The notes beneath the pieces are model-generated. The model was not told the DNA's origin, ran no database searches, and saw only the letters and a list, made by a program, of their open reading frames with translations. Shown here piece by piece: positions 16,682 to 40,873 of a stretch of 64,000 nucleotides of DNA (its first letter is position 1; each line of letters opens with the position of its first letter). Both the position numbers and the translations under genes were made by a program. The DNA is from the human T2T-CHM13v2.0 reference genome, Homo sapiens, in the NCBI RefSeq assembly GCF_009914755.1, contig NC_060929.1. One strand, given 5' to 3'.

Positions 16682-17712
16682 TAGGACCTTGCCTAAAAGA
16701 ATGATTCCAGTGAAAATTGCAGACACAGATTCTGGGATATGGGAGAAATATTCTTCAGTGTACAGGTCCTTATGAGGTTCTTTAAACTGAACTTTCTGTC
16801 CAGAAAGTACAGCTCATTGGAAAGGAGAGAGGCAATTGAGAAGCCTGCTAAGTTGAAGAGCTCCCGATTTTCTTTTAAAGAAACAGTCTGGGTTCTTAAG
16901 TGGAAAAGTTTTGAAGATGTGACATTCAAGAGTCATAAGGGGGGGAAACTGAAATTACCATAGGCAAAATTTACAAAGAAAATCATATGTTTTAAAGGAG
17001 ATAAAATTTCAGTGAGAATAATCAAATTGGCCCAAATTGGTAGGTTTGTTCAGAATGGTATTGGATAATGTTTACTATTAAAATATTCAAAGTAAGATAT
17101 TTTTTAAAATTTTTGAAGGCAAATGTCTTAATTGGACAAAGTTACTTCTTAGAGTAGCTTATGACCTATCAAAGTTATTTAAGTATTTCTATAAATTGTG
17201 GAAATCCCTAGTGGAAAGAATTCTGGAATTCATGAGAAGAAACCAGGATTTGAAACCTGGAAGGTCATACTGAATACCAAAATAGTTTACTAATCTGTAA
17301 AGATGTTTAAAAACCATGAAGTTGTCCTTTTTTTATGACATACTCTTCTGAAATATTGGCACTGGTTCTTAAGATTTTCTTGAGAATGTGTTACTGAGAT
17401 TTAAGCTAACATATACATTATGTAATTTTAATATTCGCTACTGAAATAAGTTACTTTAATTGTGGTATATGAAGCTCAGAATCTTACTAATATGCTATTA
17501 TTTTCTGAGAAGTGTTAACAAGTATTACTATGTCATCCTAAGTATCTCTTTTCAGAATGCTGTTGCTTTCACATGTATTCTAAGGAGCTGGTTTTCACAT
17601 AATGGTATCTGTAAGGTTATCAGTTTGCATTTTCCACTGAAAGAAAATCATAGATGACTTTCTCCAGTAACTATAACTTTTAATTAACTTTGGAAGATGT
17701 CTTCGATTTTAA

Positions 17713-17934
<222 letters not shown>

Positions 17935-18879
17935 TGAGATCAGCCAGTAAGTGTTTATTAAGCACCTATTGTGTGTTGAGTGTTGTGCAAAGTGCTGGTT
18001 ATACAACGATGACTTAAGCCTGGGGTCCTGTTCTCAAGAAGCTCATGCTCAGGTGGGGAGATGGAAAAACAGAGGATCATAGAAAATGTGTGGTAAGGGC
18101 CATATCCAGATATACACAGGTTATTATGAGAACACTCCAGAGGGGCACCCAAGTTGGCCTGGGGCAGGGGCAGGATCGGAACTGCTTCCTAGAACTGATG
18201 CCTGCAGAAAATGCTTTAAAGGATCAATAGGAAGTAATGCGTTAAAGGAGGATATTCCACTTGAAAAAGACATGAGCAGAGGCATCAAGGCAAGAAACAG
18301 TATGGAGTGTGCAGGACACTGTAAGAAGTTTGGTATTATTTCTTAGACTTAAACAAAGGAAAGACAAGATAAGAAAGGCTAACATAGAGAGGCCGTGTTT
18401 GCAAGGTAAGAAGCTTGGGCTGCGTGTGGGTGCTGGGAACCCCCAAAAGGTTTTAAGCAGTGGTATTTAACTGGAAATGCATTCTCACGATGAAATCTTT
18501 TCACAGGGTAAGAAGCCTAAACCAAGGCTGCACTGCCTTTAAGATAATGGTAACCTGCCTCAGGGGAAGAAATAGTTTACTCCTACCCTTTATCCTTTCC
18601 TCTTGCCTTTTAAAACAAGCCTTTATTGAGCACCTACTGAGGACAAGATCATGGCTAACTTGTGTGTACTGGGACAGGGGAAAGAATCTTTATTTTGATT
18701 TGCTTGTATATGTATAAAGAAAGTCTAGTGGGATTTATAGGAAGCTACTATTAGGGGTTGTTTGGGGATGGGTGAGAACTGGGCAATGTGGAAGGCAGAG
18801 AAGGGAGAGAGACATCACCATCTATATTTGATCCCTTTTGGGTTTTTAACACAGAATACACTTTCTGATGAAAAATTGA

Positions 18880-19128
<249 letters not shown>

Positions 19129-19923
19129 TGAGGGGCCCTCTCCATGGGAGAGACTGCCCAGAGCCCAGTAACCAAGCTCTGGGTCCTAAACTACCCTCTA
19201 ACTTCTGCTCACCAAGGGAGAAATGCCGTCTAAAATCCTGCTGAGCTAATGAAGCCGCTGACTTGATTTGCAGCTCTATCACAGTTCACCAATGAACTCC
19301 AAGTTTGTAATAAAACACAGGCTACAATGCAGAATAACTCCCTTGTAAGAAAAATGTATGTGAATTTTAATGATAGAACATTCTTTGAGGTATATTTAAC
19401 TTCAGTCATTAGACAGGATTTATGCATATTTTATGGGTTTTTTACTAGCTATATCAGAATCCGTACCACCTAACTCAGGAAACTAATAGTGAGCTTGTGT
19501 ATAATGTAAATTGGAATGTCTCCATGATAGATTGGTAACATTAAGGAGCTAATTACATGTATATTATCATGGAGACATACCTGCCTCTCCAAAAGCATGA
19601 AATATGTAAAGAGATTCTTCTAGGAAAAAAGAAATGTGACGCTCTCTCACCAAGATGCTGAAGCTGACATTCATCAATAAGCAGCTGTGCATCCACTAGG
19701 CATTTGGTAAATGTTAACTTATCTACCGAGGTGGTGTTTTCTTAGCCTCCCACCTCCTTGCTGTGGAGCAGCTTCATGTACCATGATGCATATTCAGATC
19801 ATTCTTAATACTCATATTTTGATAGAGAGGTTTTTAGGTTTTCTTTTAAACCAAGTTTATTGAGATAAACTACTTTGGTAGGATATGGAACTTAGGAATA
19901 ATGGTATGAAACTAGACAGCTTT

Positions 19924-26654
<6,731 letters not shown>

Positions 26655-29600
26655 CTAGACAGCTTTAAATAAAGTGTGTTATTTAAGCTCTTGTTTATCT
26701 TCATGATCAACAACTATTTATTTAGTTATGATGTGAAATTTTATATGACTGAACAATGATGATAGTTTCTTTCAAGTTGAAGACAGGCTTCACAAAATAA
26801 TGATCAAAGGATGAATTAATATCGGGTGGGGGACGTTTTGGTGGGATGTAGGCATTTAAGCAGAAGCGTAAACATAATAAGTGTTCAAGAAACAACATCT
26901 CTTTTAATGTGCCAGCTGCTGGAAGGCAGGCTTCAGTATTAGCAAATAGCTTAGAGGTGAACTCTGGCCAAAACAGAGGGAGAGAGGAAAAAAAAAAAAA
27001 AAAAACCAGACTTTTATTGAGCATTTACTATGTGCCAATCACTAGCCCAAGTACTTTAGGTATGTTGCCTCATTTAATCCCCACAAAAACTCTTAAGATA
27101 AAACAGACACTTTGAGAGGCTACTCAGCTCGTATTAGCAGTCAGGATTTAAACCTCATTTTGTGAGATTTCAAAGTCTAAGTTGTTAACCCTTGCTTTAC
27201 GTCACTTAGGGGAGTCCTGGACCTTAACTGTGAAAACTCATTGATGCTATATGAGAAGAACCCTGTATCAGAAGTGCCAGAGTCCCAGAGTAATCTCTCC
27301 CACCATTTTCTACCATCTGTAAGGAAAACCCAGCTCTTTCAGAGGCAAGATCAGCCTGCTAATGAAGTCTCTGAAATGACTCATTCCCTTAATGGCATCC
27401 GTCCCCAGTTGGCATTTGCATAAATCACATCAGCACAGTTGGATACTTAAATCAGCAGAAATCTGGAAACCCTGAGACCTAGTAGCCATCTCACTAGGGA
27501 ACAGTGATGTCATCTCATAAATATGGCTACAAGGAGAAGGGATGGGGGGATGGCGTTCCATTGAGGGCCTTCAGCTGGCCAGGAACTTGCCTACTCTGAG
27601 TGAACCTTCTCAGCAATCCTATGAGGCAGTTAGTGATCTCCACTAAATCAGACTCAGAGAGGTTAAATAATCTGGCCAAAGTATGAAATGATGGAGTGAG
27701 GGTATGGAGTCAGGATTCAAACCCAGGCCTGTCTTCTTCTTTCAACTAGTTTTAAGACTGCAGCCCTGAATAGACTGAGGCATCCCTCAATAACCTGATG
27801 ACTGGGTGGTACCATGCATCCTTAGTTTTCTCTGTCCCATGAGAAACATAGATATGAAGAGAGAATGCACTACCATTCAAATCCCCTCTCGTTAATATTT
27901 TTCCCTTCCCTGATTATCCTGGGGACTTTGCAACTAAAAAAAAGGAAAAAGAAAAGAAAAGACTCTTTCTGATAACAACAATGCATTCCAGAAAATCCTT
28001 TGCGAAAGCCAGAGAAACCAATGACAGTTCCATTTGTAGGAAAAAAAAAAGACCATCCACCAATTTCATTAAGACCAACATCGAGCTTATTAAAACATAA
28101 GGCTTGTCATTAGCTTATTCTATTTGAGATCTTGCCAATCAATTCATTTTTATTTTTCTTGTTGCAGGCAAGCATATTAGGGGCTGGCTAAGCAAAAATT
28201 TATAATAGAACAATACAAGGGGTTCTTTGCTATTGAGTGGTTATAGTCCAGCAAATTTAGAAATAAAGGGAAGTTGCACATGCGAAGCCCTGTTGATAGT
28301 TTAATGCTGGGTTAGATCTGGAGTTGCTTTCCATTTAGGTACTAAGAGGCCCCTCAGTGCCAGGAGGTGCAACGATATGTTCAGTCCATAGCCCAGGTTT
28401 GACTCTCCAACCTCTGGATCCCTGCTGAGTCTGACAATAGATAATTTTTTGAGGCAGGAAAAAATTTATTGGCCACAAATTACTATCCTGTTCATTTGCT
28501 AAGTCTACTGCTGACACACTGCATCAGAGCCATCCCCCATCAATACAGGCCTCAATATCTTATTCCCTAGGTTGGCATCAACAGACTGAAATAATTCATC
28601 TTTAATCGCAGAGTCCCAGGACTGCAAAACTCATTTTTATCTCTTTGGTTCTTTAATGTAAGAGTTCAAGACGGAAGGAAAATTCTGCTCTTTGGGAGTG
28701 GCCATGTGTTATGGTTCTTTTGACCATCTGGTTTTCACAACCAACTTTAAAACATTCTTTACACGGTCCGATGCTTCAAAATTCTGTAAAACATTAACTA
28801 TTTAACTACGATCTGTGTAGTTCAATCTCTAAGATGTCAGTTGTGGAGAACAAGTCTTACAGTAGAATTGATGTATAAAGAAGCTCAAAACTTGATCATC
28901 TCTAGTCAATAAATACAAACAATTCCTCCTTTTTGTCCATTATATTAGAACCCCGTTCTTCACTTTGATTCTTTGCACAGCAATGGATAAAGTTACTTGG
29001 TCTCTGAGAAAGAACAGCAAGCCAAGATTTGTTTGATCTCACTCCTTTGTTGGTTCCATGAAGGGATCATTGTGTGAAGTTGTCATCTCAGTGCCTATGA
29101 CAGTGCCTGGCATATTGTAACTACTCAATAAATATGTGTTACTGGAATGAGTAAATATCAATTAGCATCAAACACATAACACTGACTAGTAAGAAAAGTT
29201 AGTCTAGCTTTGAGGATAATCTCTTATTTAAAATGAGGAAAAAAATAAATTGTGCCAGCAAAGTAAAGAAGAATGGATGAATTAATTGTAGTGCTTGGAT
29301 ATTTAACCAGGAGATAGGACTAGTCTAATCTGTGGACTGGAAACCTTCCCATGGGTAACTCATAGGGAAGGACTTTACAAGCTTATTTATCCATTGGTTA
29401 TATAACCCTTACATAGGTTCTGGATTTCATGCAAAAACTCTATAGTACTAAACTAGCTCCAAAAATTGATCCAGAGGTCCCTGAGGGAAATTAGGGGGAT
29501 CAAAGATTACTTCCATTTGTTGTGGTTTAGTTTAACTGAGCCTGGACCATAAATGGGGTATGAACGGGGAACTTATCTGTGTAGATACTCAATAAATGTC

Positions 29601-32028
29601 TGTTTCACGAATGAGTGAATGAATGAATGAATGAATGAATGAAGGGGATTAACCAATCTCTTTTTGTCCTTGCCCACTTCAAGCCATCTAACTGGCTGGA
29701 TCTCCAGCAAACAAGATAGGGAGCAAGAGCTAAATGAGTTCACATTTCTTTTCCACCCCCAATCCCCGATAAAACAAGCAGGCTTCAAAGCTCTGGTATG
29801 GTGTAGGAAGACAAGTTGAAAGGAAATGAAAAACAAAAAGGCAAAAAAAGATGAGTAATATTAAATCACACGCACACATGGAGAGAGGGCATTGGTTGTC
29901 CTCTAGATTGGAGAATCTAATTTTGCTTGCCAGAATAGAAACACATCCATCTTCAGACCTGCAGTCCTTCCCCAGGTATAATGGCCTCTGGCGATTCCAA
30001 TTTAAGACCAAAGGTGCTAGTTGAACTTTTATGGTGGGCGTTTGAATGGAATGAGCCTACTGTGCCCCCAAGTTACATGACGCAGTGTCTGAAATAGCTG
30101 AGCAACTGCCTCCATTCCATAATCCTCACAGAAAACATTTGCATATTTTTGCGTGTGGGCACCGAGGAGGCTCGGTCCCAGCAGTCGGCCCCTGTTGGGT
30201 TTGGGGTAGGCGGGAGTGACAATCCCCGGCTTGTGCGCGGGGGCTGAGGGAGCTCCTACTCACCTTCTTCCTGTTTTTCTTTGAATGCTCTCCTCAGGTT
30301 GGGTGGGCTCAAAACACTTTCAAAAATTTTCCACCGTTCTGCTGTTTCCTCAGCTGTTCTGTCTCTCCTGTGTGGAGAGAAGTCAGAAGAAGTGTGGGTG
30401 GAGGAGGGAAAACTGAGAGAAATATAGTACAGGGATTAGCTGTGTGGGCTGCAGCGAGAGAAGCCGTGTATTGAATGACAAATCTGTGAGAGTCAATACG
30501 CCAGAAAGTAGCTGGGAGTGAGTCTCCTGCTCCCTGGCTCTGGCTGAGGCTATGGGCTGGGGAGACACTCCCGGGGCCATCCTCCAGGGCAAGCATTTCC
30601 AGGGAGTTGGGCTCAGGGTGCTGGGCCTGTGAGCTCATATTCCTCCTTCTTCCAGCTTTTGGGGCCCCACCTGGTGGAGCAGGAACAGAATTGCCTGTCA
30701 TAGGTGGGTGTTTTCAGCTGGGGACACCCACTGCTCTGTCTGTAGAATAAGGACAAATAAGGGTAAGTTTCCTAATGAACTTAGTGCAGAGTGAGGAATC
30801 CCAGCATTTTTCTTTTCTTTAAATCTTTCTTCCTCAGCCTTCAGATGGATAGGTGATGACTGACCAGTGGTCAACAGCAAGAGATTGGAGCTTCCTTGCA
30901 CCCTGTGGCTAAAGGAGGCAGTCATTCCTGCTCCTTGCTTCTTCACAGGGTGACAGGAGGGTCACTGACACGATTGGGCCAAAGTTCTTATTGAGTAATT
31001 AAAAGCTAGTCACCAATCTGTATGTGAAATTGTTTTCCTGATCCAGTTGTCATATCCCTCTGTAGGGAGCCTTTGGGAGAGGGAGTTATGAGAAGATGAT
31101 TCCCCATCGCATCCCCCAGTGTCTTCGCGTTTGGCTATTCCTAAATGAAATCTTTCTTCCCAAATGACCTTATTTGACTTTGATCACGTACAACACCTCC
31201 TAGTTGTACAGTAAAACCTCAGTCAATGGAAACCCAATCAGTTCCTTCACTTCTAACTTAGGCCTGTCAATTTCCAAAAGTATTCAGGTTGTCCACAATG
31301 AAAGACCCAGACATAGTAGAACCAGTAAAACAATCCTGTGAGAACAAGAGCCAAATAATGCAGGACTGAAGAGACTGAAAATGAAGAACTGAACCTCAAT
31401 GGAACACAAAATTTAAATCTGAACTTACTGGCAGCTAAAGAGAAAACAGGAGAGAGGGGGAGACAGCAAGAGGAAAAAAAGAGATTACATAACTCATCTC
31501 TTTTTTTAAAAGGAAGCACATTTCACTAAGAGAGACAATTATATTTCTTGACATTCAGCTCTAAGATGAATTTTTCATGTAGATCTTTATATAAGGGCTA
31601 TTGAACAAGATAATAGTGATTGCCTTTAAGAGCAGTTTTACAAAAGCTGCAAAAACGTTCTCTGTATAACCATTATTTTAAACAGGATCTGAAAGCATAA
31701 TGTGAAGCCACCATTCTGGGCAGGCAGTTTTATGAGGATCTCAAGGAATTGTTTGCCTGTGTGACTGTGGAGGGGTAAAGGAGGGCCTAGAGAATCCAGA
31801 GGAATGAATGTTACTAAGCTCCTGGGATTCTCTGCCTGGAATATAAATGATACCATTCAGCCTTTGGAGGGTAACTATAGAGAAAACAAAAATCTAGAAT
31901 CTTTCTGCTGGGACCTTTGGCTTATGCTGATTTTGCAAGAATGTTTAATTATAGGAAAGCCTAAGCCCCATGGTTGTCAGGATTCAGCCCCCATGTTACT
32001 TTTCTACAGTGTTGTGAACTAAGAGTGA

Positions 32029-32115
32029 TGTTAGTTCACACCTGTAATCTCAGCACTTGGGGAGTCTGAGGTGGGAGAATCACTTGAGGCCAAGGAGTTC
32101 AAGACCAGCCTGGCC
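32029..32115 (+). mobile_element. Alu left-arm fragment without polyA
   Basis: CACACCTGTAATCTCAGCACTT...GAGTTCAAGACCAGCCTGGCC. Confidence 0.8.
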
Positions 32116-33408
32116 ATTCAGCCCCCATGTTATTTTCCACACTATTATGAACTAAGAGTGAGACGCTTACCATCGAGTCTCATAATATCATCATTTATCA
32201 AAAGAAAAATAGTTCTGTTCAAAAATTTTTATTTACCAACTTTTTAAGAAGGAAAATCTTCTCAATCCTGATTTAACCAAGTGTTTCACCTTAAACAAAA
32301 AGTTCCATATTGACAGTTAGTTAAGATTTTATAAGTAGCTTCACACAGCCATGGCTATTCAGTTGGTTTTTTATATTTAATGTTGCTCATGTTCTCAAGT
32401 AGTTTTTTTTTCCTTCCCACCCCTTCTTACCCCGCATTATCTTATGATTATTTTTCCCAACCTAAATGATCATAAAAATCAACCGGGATGCTTACTAAAC
32501 ACCTAGATTCAAAGGCCCCTCTTAAGATTCCGATTCAGAAGATCTAATATGCCCAGGCAGGCTTGGGGAACACTGCCTTACCAGCTGGTCCTTCAGGGCC
32601 CAGCCATGTACTCTGTTCACAGTTCACACTATGTGGTGTCGACTGACTGCCTGAATGTTGGTGCTGTCAATGTGAATGTCAGTAAAAGCCAACTGTGTTT
32701 TTTAAAAAACAATACCTATTTAGCCATCTGTGGTACACTGCAGTGACGACACTAACTGTAGGCTGCTCCTAGGAATCACGGCACTGGATTCCTCCATATT
32801 GTTTGTACACAGGCCGCCCCGCTCCCCTGGGGAGAAAGCATACTTAGATCCAGGGGTTGGACATGGTGGTACAGAGAACAACCACACCCTGTAATTGCCA
32901 ACCCCTCAAGTTACCTTAAGCACATACATACTCCTTTCCTTTTTTTCCATCCCATACAAATTGCTGAATTATCAAATTCCTGGAGAAGCTACTTTACAGG
33001 GTTCAAATTAATGTCCCCTTTGAGATTGTGCAAACACATTCAACCAACTCCTGAACTTCTGAGCTGGTAATATAGCTCTTAAAAGTAAAATATTTAATTA
33101 AATTTGGATAGAGAATATGTATTTATGGTACAAATTAAAAAGATACAAAAGAGAATACAGTGGAAATTAAGTCTCCTTTCTACCTATCCTTTACCTACCC
33201 AATTCTCCTCCCCAGAAGCAATTACTGTTACCTGATTCATATTGATCCTTCCAGATAGTCTGTGCACATACAAACATCTACAGTTTTTTAACAAATGGTA
33301 GCATACTATATATGTTTCACCACTTTGCTTTCCTTGCTTAAAAATATTCCTTGGTGAGCATCCCATATCAATACATATGAAACTACTTCAATTAAAAAAA
33401 AAATTTTA

Positions 33409-33715
33409 GGCCAGGTGTGATGGCTCATGTCTGTAACCCCAGCACTTTGGGAGGCCGAGGTGAGTGGATTGCCTGAGATCAGGAGTTTGAGACCAGCCTG
33501 GCCAACGTGGTGAAACCTCATCTCTACTTAAAAAAATACAAAAATTAGCTGGGCGTGGTGGCAGGCAGCTGTAATCCCAGCTACTTGGGAGGCTGAGGCA
33601 GGAGAATTGTTTGAACTCAGGAGGCGGAGGTTTCAGTGAGCCAAGGTTGTGCCATTGCACCCCAGCCCGGGAGACAAGAGTGACACTGCATCTTAAAAAA
33701 AATAATAAAAATAAA
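33409..33715 (+). mobile_element. AluS
   Basis: Full dimer with A tail. Confidence 0.9.
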
Positions 33716-33758
33716 TTTTTTTTTAAGTTTTATTTTATTGTTTTAAGAATATAATTTA

Positions 33759-34053
33759 GGCCGGGCACAGTGGCTCACGCCTGTAATTCCAGCACTTTGG
33801 GAGGCCGAGGCAGGTGGATCACGAGGTCAGGAGTTCAAGACCAGCATGGCCAAGATGGTGAAACCCCATCTCTACTAAAAATACAAAAATTAGACAGGTG
33901 CAGTGGCAGTTACCTGTAATCCCAGCTACTCAGGAGGCTGAGGCAGGAGAATCGCTTGAACCCGGGTGGGGCAGAGGTTGCAATGAGCTGAGGTCATGCC
34001 ACTGGACTCCAGCCTGGGTGACAGAGTAAGACTCCATCTAAAAAGAAAAAAAA
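33759..34053 (+). mobile_element. AluS (Sg-like)
   Basis: Full dimer; TSD AAGAATATAATTTA at 33745 and 34054. Confidence 0.9.
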
Positions 34054-34724
34054 AAGAATATAATTTAACTTATTTACCAATTGAGAGGCATTGAAGTTGT
34101 TTCTATTCTCTTGCCATCACAAACAATGCTGCAGTAATAAACCTTGTGCATATATCATTTCACACATGTGCAAATATATTTGTAAATTAAATTATTAGAA
34201 GTGGAATAACTGGTTAAAAAGTGTGTACATTGTGAATTTTGATAGATATTACTGAACTGTCTCTATAGAGGTTGTAGTTGTTTATTTGACTCTGACTAGT
34301 AGTGTATAAGAGTGCTTAGTTCTTTATACCCTTGCCTAAACATTGGATGATAAAACTTTTGATCTTTTGACAATTTGTAGAAAATGAAATCTTATTTTAG
34401 TTTAACTGTGCATTTCTTTTATTAGGTTGAACATCTTTTCATATGGTTCAGAGCCACTACAGTACTTCTTTTTCTATAAACTGATCATTTCCTAGCAATT
34501 TTTTTTCTCTTGGATTGTGGTATTTTTTCTTTTTGATTTGTAGAAGCTCTGTTTTTTTAAGGAAGTTAGCTTTCCTATTAAGAGATAAGTTTCAAATCTT
34601 TAAAAATTTTTTACCGTGCATATTTTTTATAATAATTGAGTTGGATTTATCAATCTCTTTTGAAAATAGCTTTTAACTTGGGTAGCATATTTTAAAATGC
34701 CCCCATGCCGCCTGCCCCCCTCTC

Positions 34725-34730
<6 letters not shown>

Positions 34731-34755
<25 letters not shown>

Positions 34756-34756
34756 A
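34731..34756. repeat. (TG)n microsatellite
   Basis: About 12 TG units. Confidence 0.9.
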
Positions 34757-35049
34757 TGTTTATTCACTCATGTTTTTTTGTAGTAGCCAATACAGTAATT
34801 TCATTTTTATTTATTTTTATTTTTTTTTTTAATTTTTTTTTTTTATTATACTCTAAGTTTTAGGGTACATGTGCACATTGTGCAGGTTAGTTACATATGT
34901 ATACATGTGCCATGCTGGTGCGCTGCACCCACTAACGTGTCATCTAGCATTAGGTATATCTCCCAATGCTATCCCTCCCCCCTCCCCCGACCCCACCACA
35001 GTCCCCAGAGTGTGATATTCCCCTTCCTGTGTCCATGTGATCTCATTGT

Positions 35050-38901
<3,852 letters not shown>

Positions 38902-38940
38902 TCATTAGTTGATGCAGTTTCTTCCTAGTCTCGATGGTCT

Positions 38941-39957
38941 TTACATTTTGGCATGATTTTGCAGCGGCTGGTACCGGTTGTTCCTTTCCATGTTTAGCGC
39001 TTCCTTCAGGAGCTCTTTTAGGGCAGGCCTGGTGATGACAAAATCTCTCAGCATTTGCTTGTCTATAAAGTATTTTATTTCTCCTTCACTTATGAAGCTT
39101 AGTTTGGCTGGATATGAAATTCTGGGTTGAAAATTCTTTTCTTTAAGAATGTTGAATATTGGCCCCCACTCTCTCCTGGCTTGTAGGGTTTCTGCCGAGA
39201 GATCCGCTGTTAGTCTGATGGGCTTTCCTTTGAGGGTAACCCGACCTTTCTCTCTGGCTGCCCTTAACATTTTTTCCTTCATTTCAACTTTGGTGAATCT
39301 GACAATTATGTGTCTTGGAGTTGCTCTTCTCGAGGAGTATCTTTGTGGCGTTCTCTGTATTTCCTGAATCTGAATGTTGGCCTGCCTTGCTAGATTGGGG
39401 AAGTTCTCCTGGATAATATCCTGCAGAGTGTTTTCCAACTTGGTTCCATTCTCCACATCACTTTCAGGTACACCAATCAGACGTAGATTTGGTCTTTTCA
39501 CATAGTCCCATATTTCTTGGAGGCTTTGCTCATTTCTTTTTATTCTTTTTTCTCTAAACTTCCCTTCTCGCTTCATTTCATTCATTTCATCTTCCATTGC
39601 TGATACCCTTTCTTCCAGTTGATCGCATCGGCTCCTGAGGCTTCTGCATTCTTCACGTAGTTCTCGAGCCTTGGTTTTCAGCTCCATCAGCTCCTTTAAG
39701 CACTTCTCTGTATTGGTTATTCTAGTTATACATTCTTCTAAATTTTTTTCAAAGTTTTCAACTTCTTTGCCTTTGGTTTGAATGTCCTCCCGTAGCTCAG
39801 AGTAATTTGATCGTCTGAAGCCTTCTTCTCTCAGCTCGTCAAAATCATTCTCCATCCAGCTTTGTTCCGTTGCTGGTGAGGAACTGCGTTCCTTTGGAGG
39901 AGGAGAGGCGCTCTGCATTTTAGAGTTTCCAGTTTTTCTGTTCTGTTTTTTCCCCAT
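38941..39957 (-). CDS. LINE-1 ORF1p (338 aa RNA-binding chaperone), intact
   Basis: MGKKQNRK...QNHAKM, full length; REKG, ARR and YPAKLS motifs present. Confidence 0.97.
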   Translation of the reverse strand: MGKKQNRKTGNSKMQSASPPPKERSSSPATEQSWMENDFDELREEGFRRSNYSELREDIQTKGKEVENFEKNLEECITRITNTEKCLKELMELKTKARELREECRSLRSRCDQLEERVSAMEDEMNEMKREGKFREKRIKRNEQSLQEIWDYVKRPNLRLIGVPESDVENGTKLENTLQDIIQENFPNLARQANIQIQEIQRTPQRYSSRRATPRHIIVRFTKVEMKEKMLRAAREKGRVTLKGKPIRLTADLSAETLQARREWGPIFNILKEKNFQPRISYPAKLSFISEGEIKYFIDKQMLRDFVITRPALKELLKEALNMERNNRYQPLQNHAKM

Positions 39958-40857
39958 CTTTGTGGTTTTATCTACTTTTGGTCTTTGATGATGGTGATGT
40001 ACAGATGGGTTTTCGGTGTAGATGTCCTTTCTGGTTGTTAGTTTTCCTTCTAACAGACAGGACCCTCAGCTGCAGGTCTGTTGGAATACCCTGCCGTGTG
40101 AGGTGTCAGTGTGCCCCTGCTGGGGGGTGCCTCCCAGTTAGGCTGCTCGGGGGTCAGGGGTCAGGGACCCACTTGAGGAGGCAGTCTGCCCGTTCTCAGA
40201 TCTCCAGCTGCGTGCTGGGAGAACCACTGCTCTCTTCAAAGCTGTCAGACAGGGACACTTAAGTCTGCAGAGGTTACTGCTGACTTTTTGTTTGTCTGTG
40301 CCCTGCCCCCAGAGGTGGAGCCTGCAGAGGCAGGCAGGCCTCCTTGAGCTGTGGTGGGCTCCACCCAGTTCGAGCTTCCCGGCTGCTTTGTTTACCTAAG
40401 CAAGCCTGGGCAATGGCGGGAGCCCCTCCCCCAGCCTCGCTGCCGCCTTGCAGTTTGATCTCAGACTACTGTGCTAGCAATCAGCGAGATTCCGTGGGCG
40501 TAGGACCCTCTGAGCCAGGTGTGGGATATAGTCTCGTGGTGCGCCGTTTCTTAAGCCGGTCTGAAAAGCGCAATATTCGGGTGGGAGTGACCCGATTTTC
40601 CAGGTGCGTCCGTCACCCCTTTCTTTGACTCGGAAAGGGAACTCCCTGACCCCTTGCGCTTCCCAGGTGAGGCAATGCCTCGCCCTGCTTCGGCTCGCTC
40701 ACGGTGCGCGCACACACTGGCCTGCGCCCACTGTCTGGCACTCCCTAGTGAGATGAACCCGGTACCTCAGATGGAAATGCAGAAATCACCCGTCTTCTGC
40801 GTCGCTCACGCTGGGAGCTGTAGACCGGAGCTGTTCCTATTCGGCCATCTTGGCTCC
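39958..40857 (-). promoter_or_regulatory. L1HS 5'UTR: internal sense promoter (YY1 site at ~40842-40852) plus antisense promoter firing in the CMYA5 sense direction
   Basis: CpG-rich; CAAGATGGCCG YY1 motif intact; promoter activity inferred from known L1HS biology. Confidence 0.8.
40413..40628 (+). CDS. L1 antisense ORF0 (71 aa), MAGAPPPASLPP...RCVRHPFL
   Basis: ATG at 40413 in GCAATGG context inside the L1HS 5'UTR, antisense to L1; length and sequence match recalled ORF0. Confidence 0.85.
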   Translation: MAGAPPPASLPPCSLISDYCASNQRDSVGVGPSEPGVGYSLVVRRFLSRSEKRNIRVGVTRFSRCVRHPFL

Positions 40858-40873
40858 CAGTAATTTCATTTTT

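Larger units (their letters stand above)
33090..34700 (-). mobile_element. Ancient L1M(E-like) 3' region, interrupted by two Alus; continues at 40874-41660 beyond the L1HS
   Basis: Degenerate L1 3'-end text (acaaacaatgctgcagtaataaaccttgtgcata; ttagaagtggaataactgg); boundaries approximate. Confidence 0.6.

Noticed and set aside
34930-34945. Ta-subfamily ('hot') assignment
   Set aside because: The diagnostic trinucleotide reads ACG, not ACA
40842-40857. 5' truncation of the L1HS as a methylation-escape (YY1-loss) allele
   Set aside because: Only ~6-7 nt are missing and the CAAGATGGCCG YY1 motif is intact
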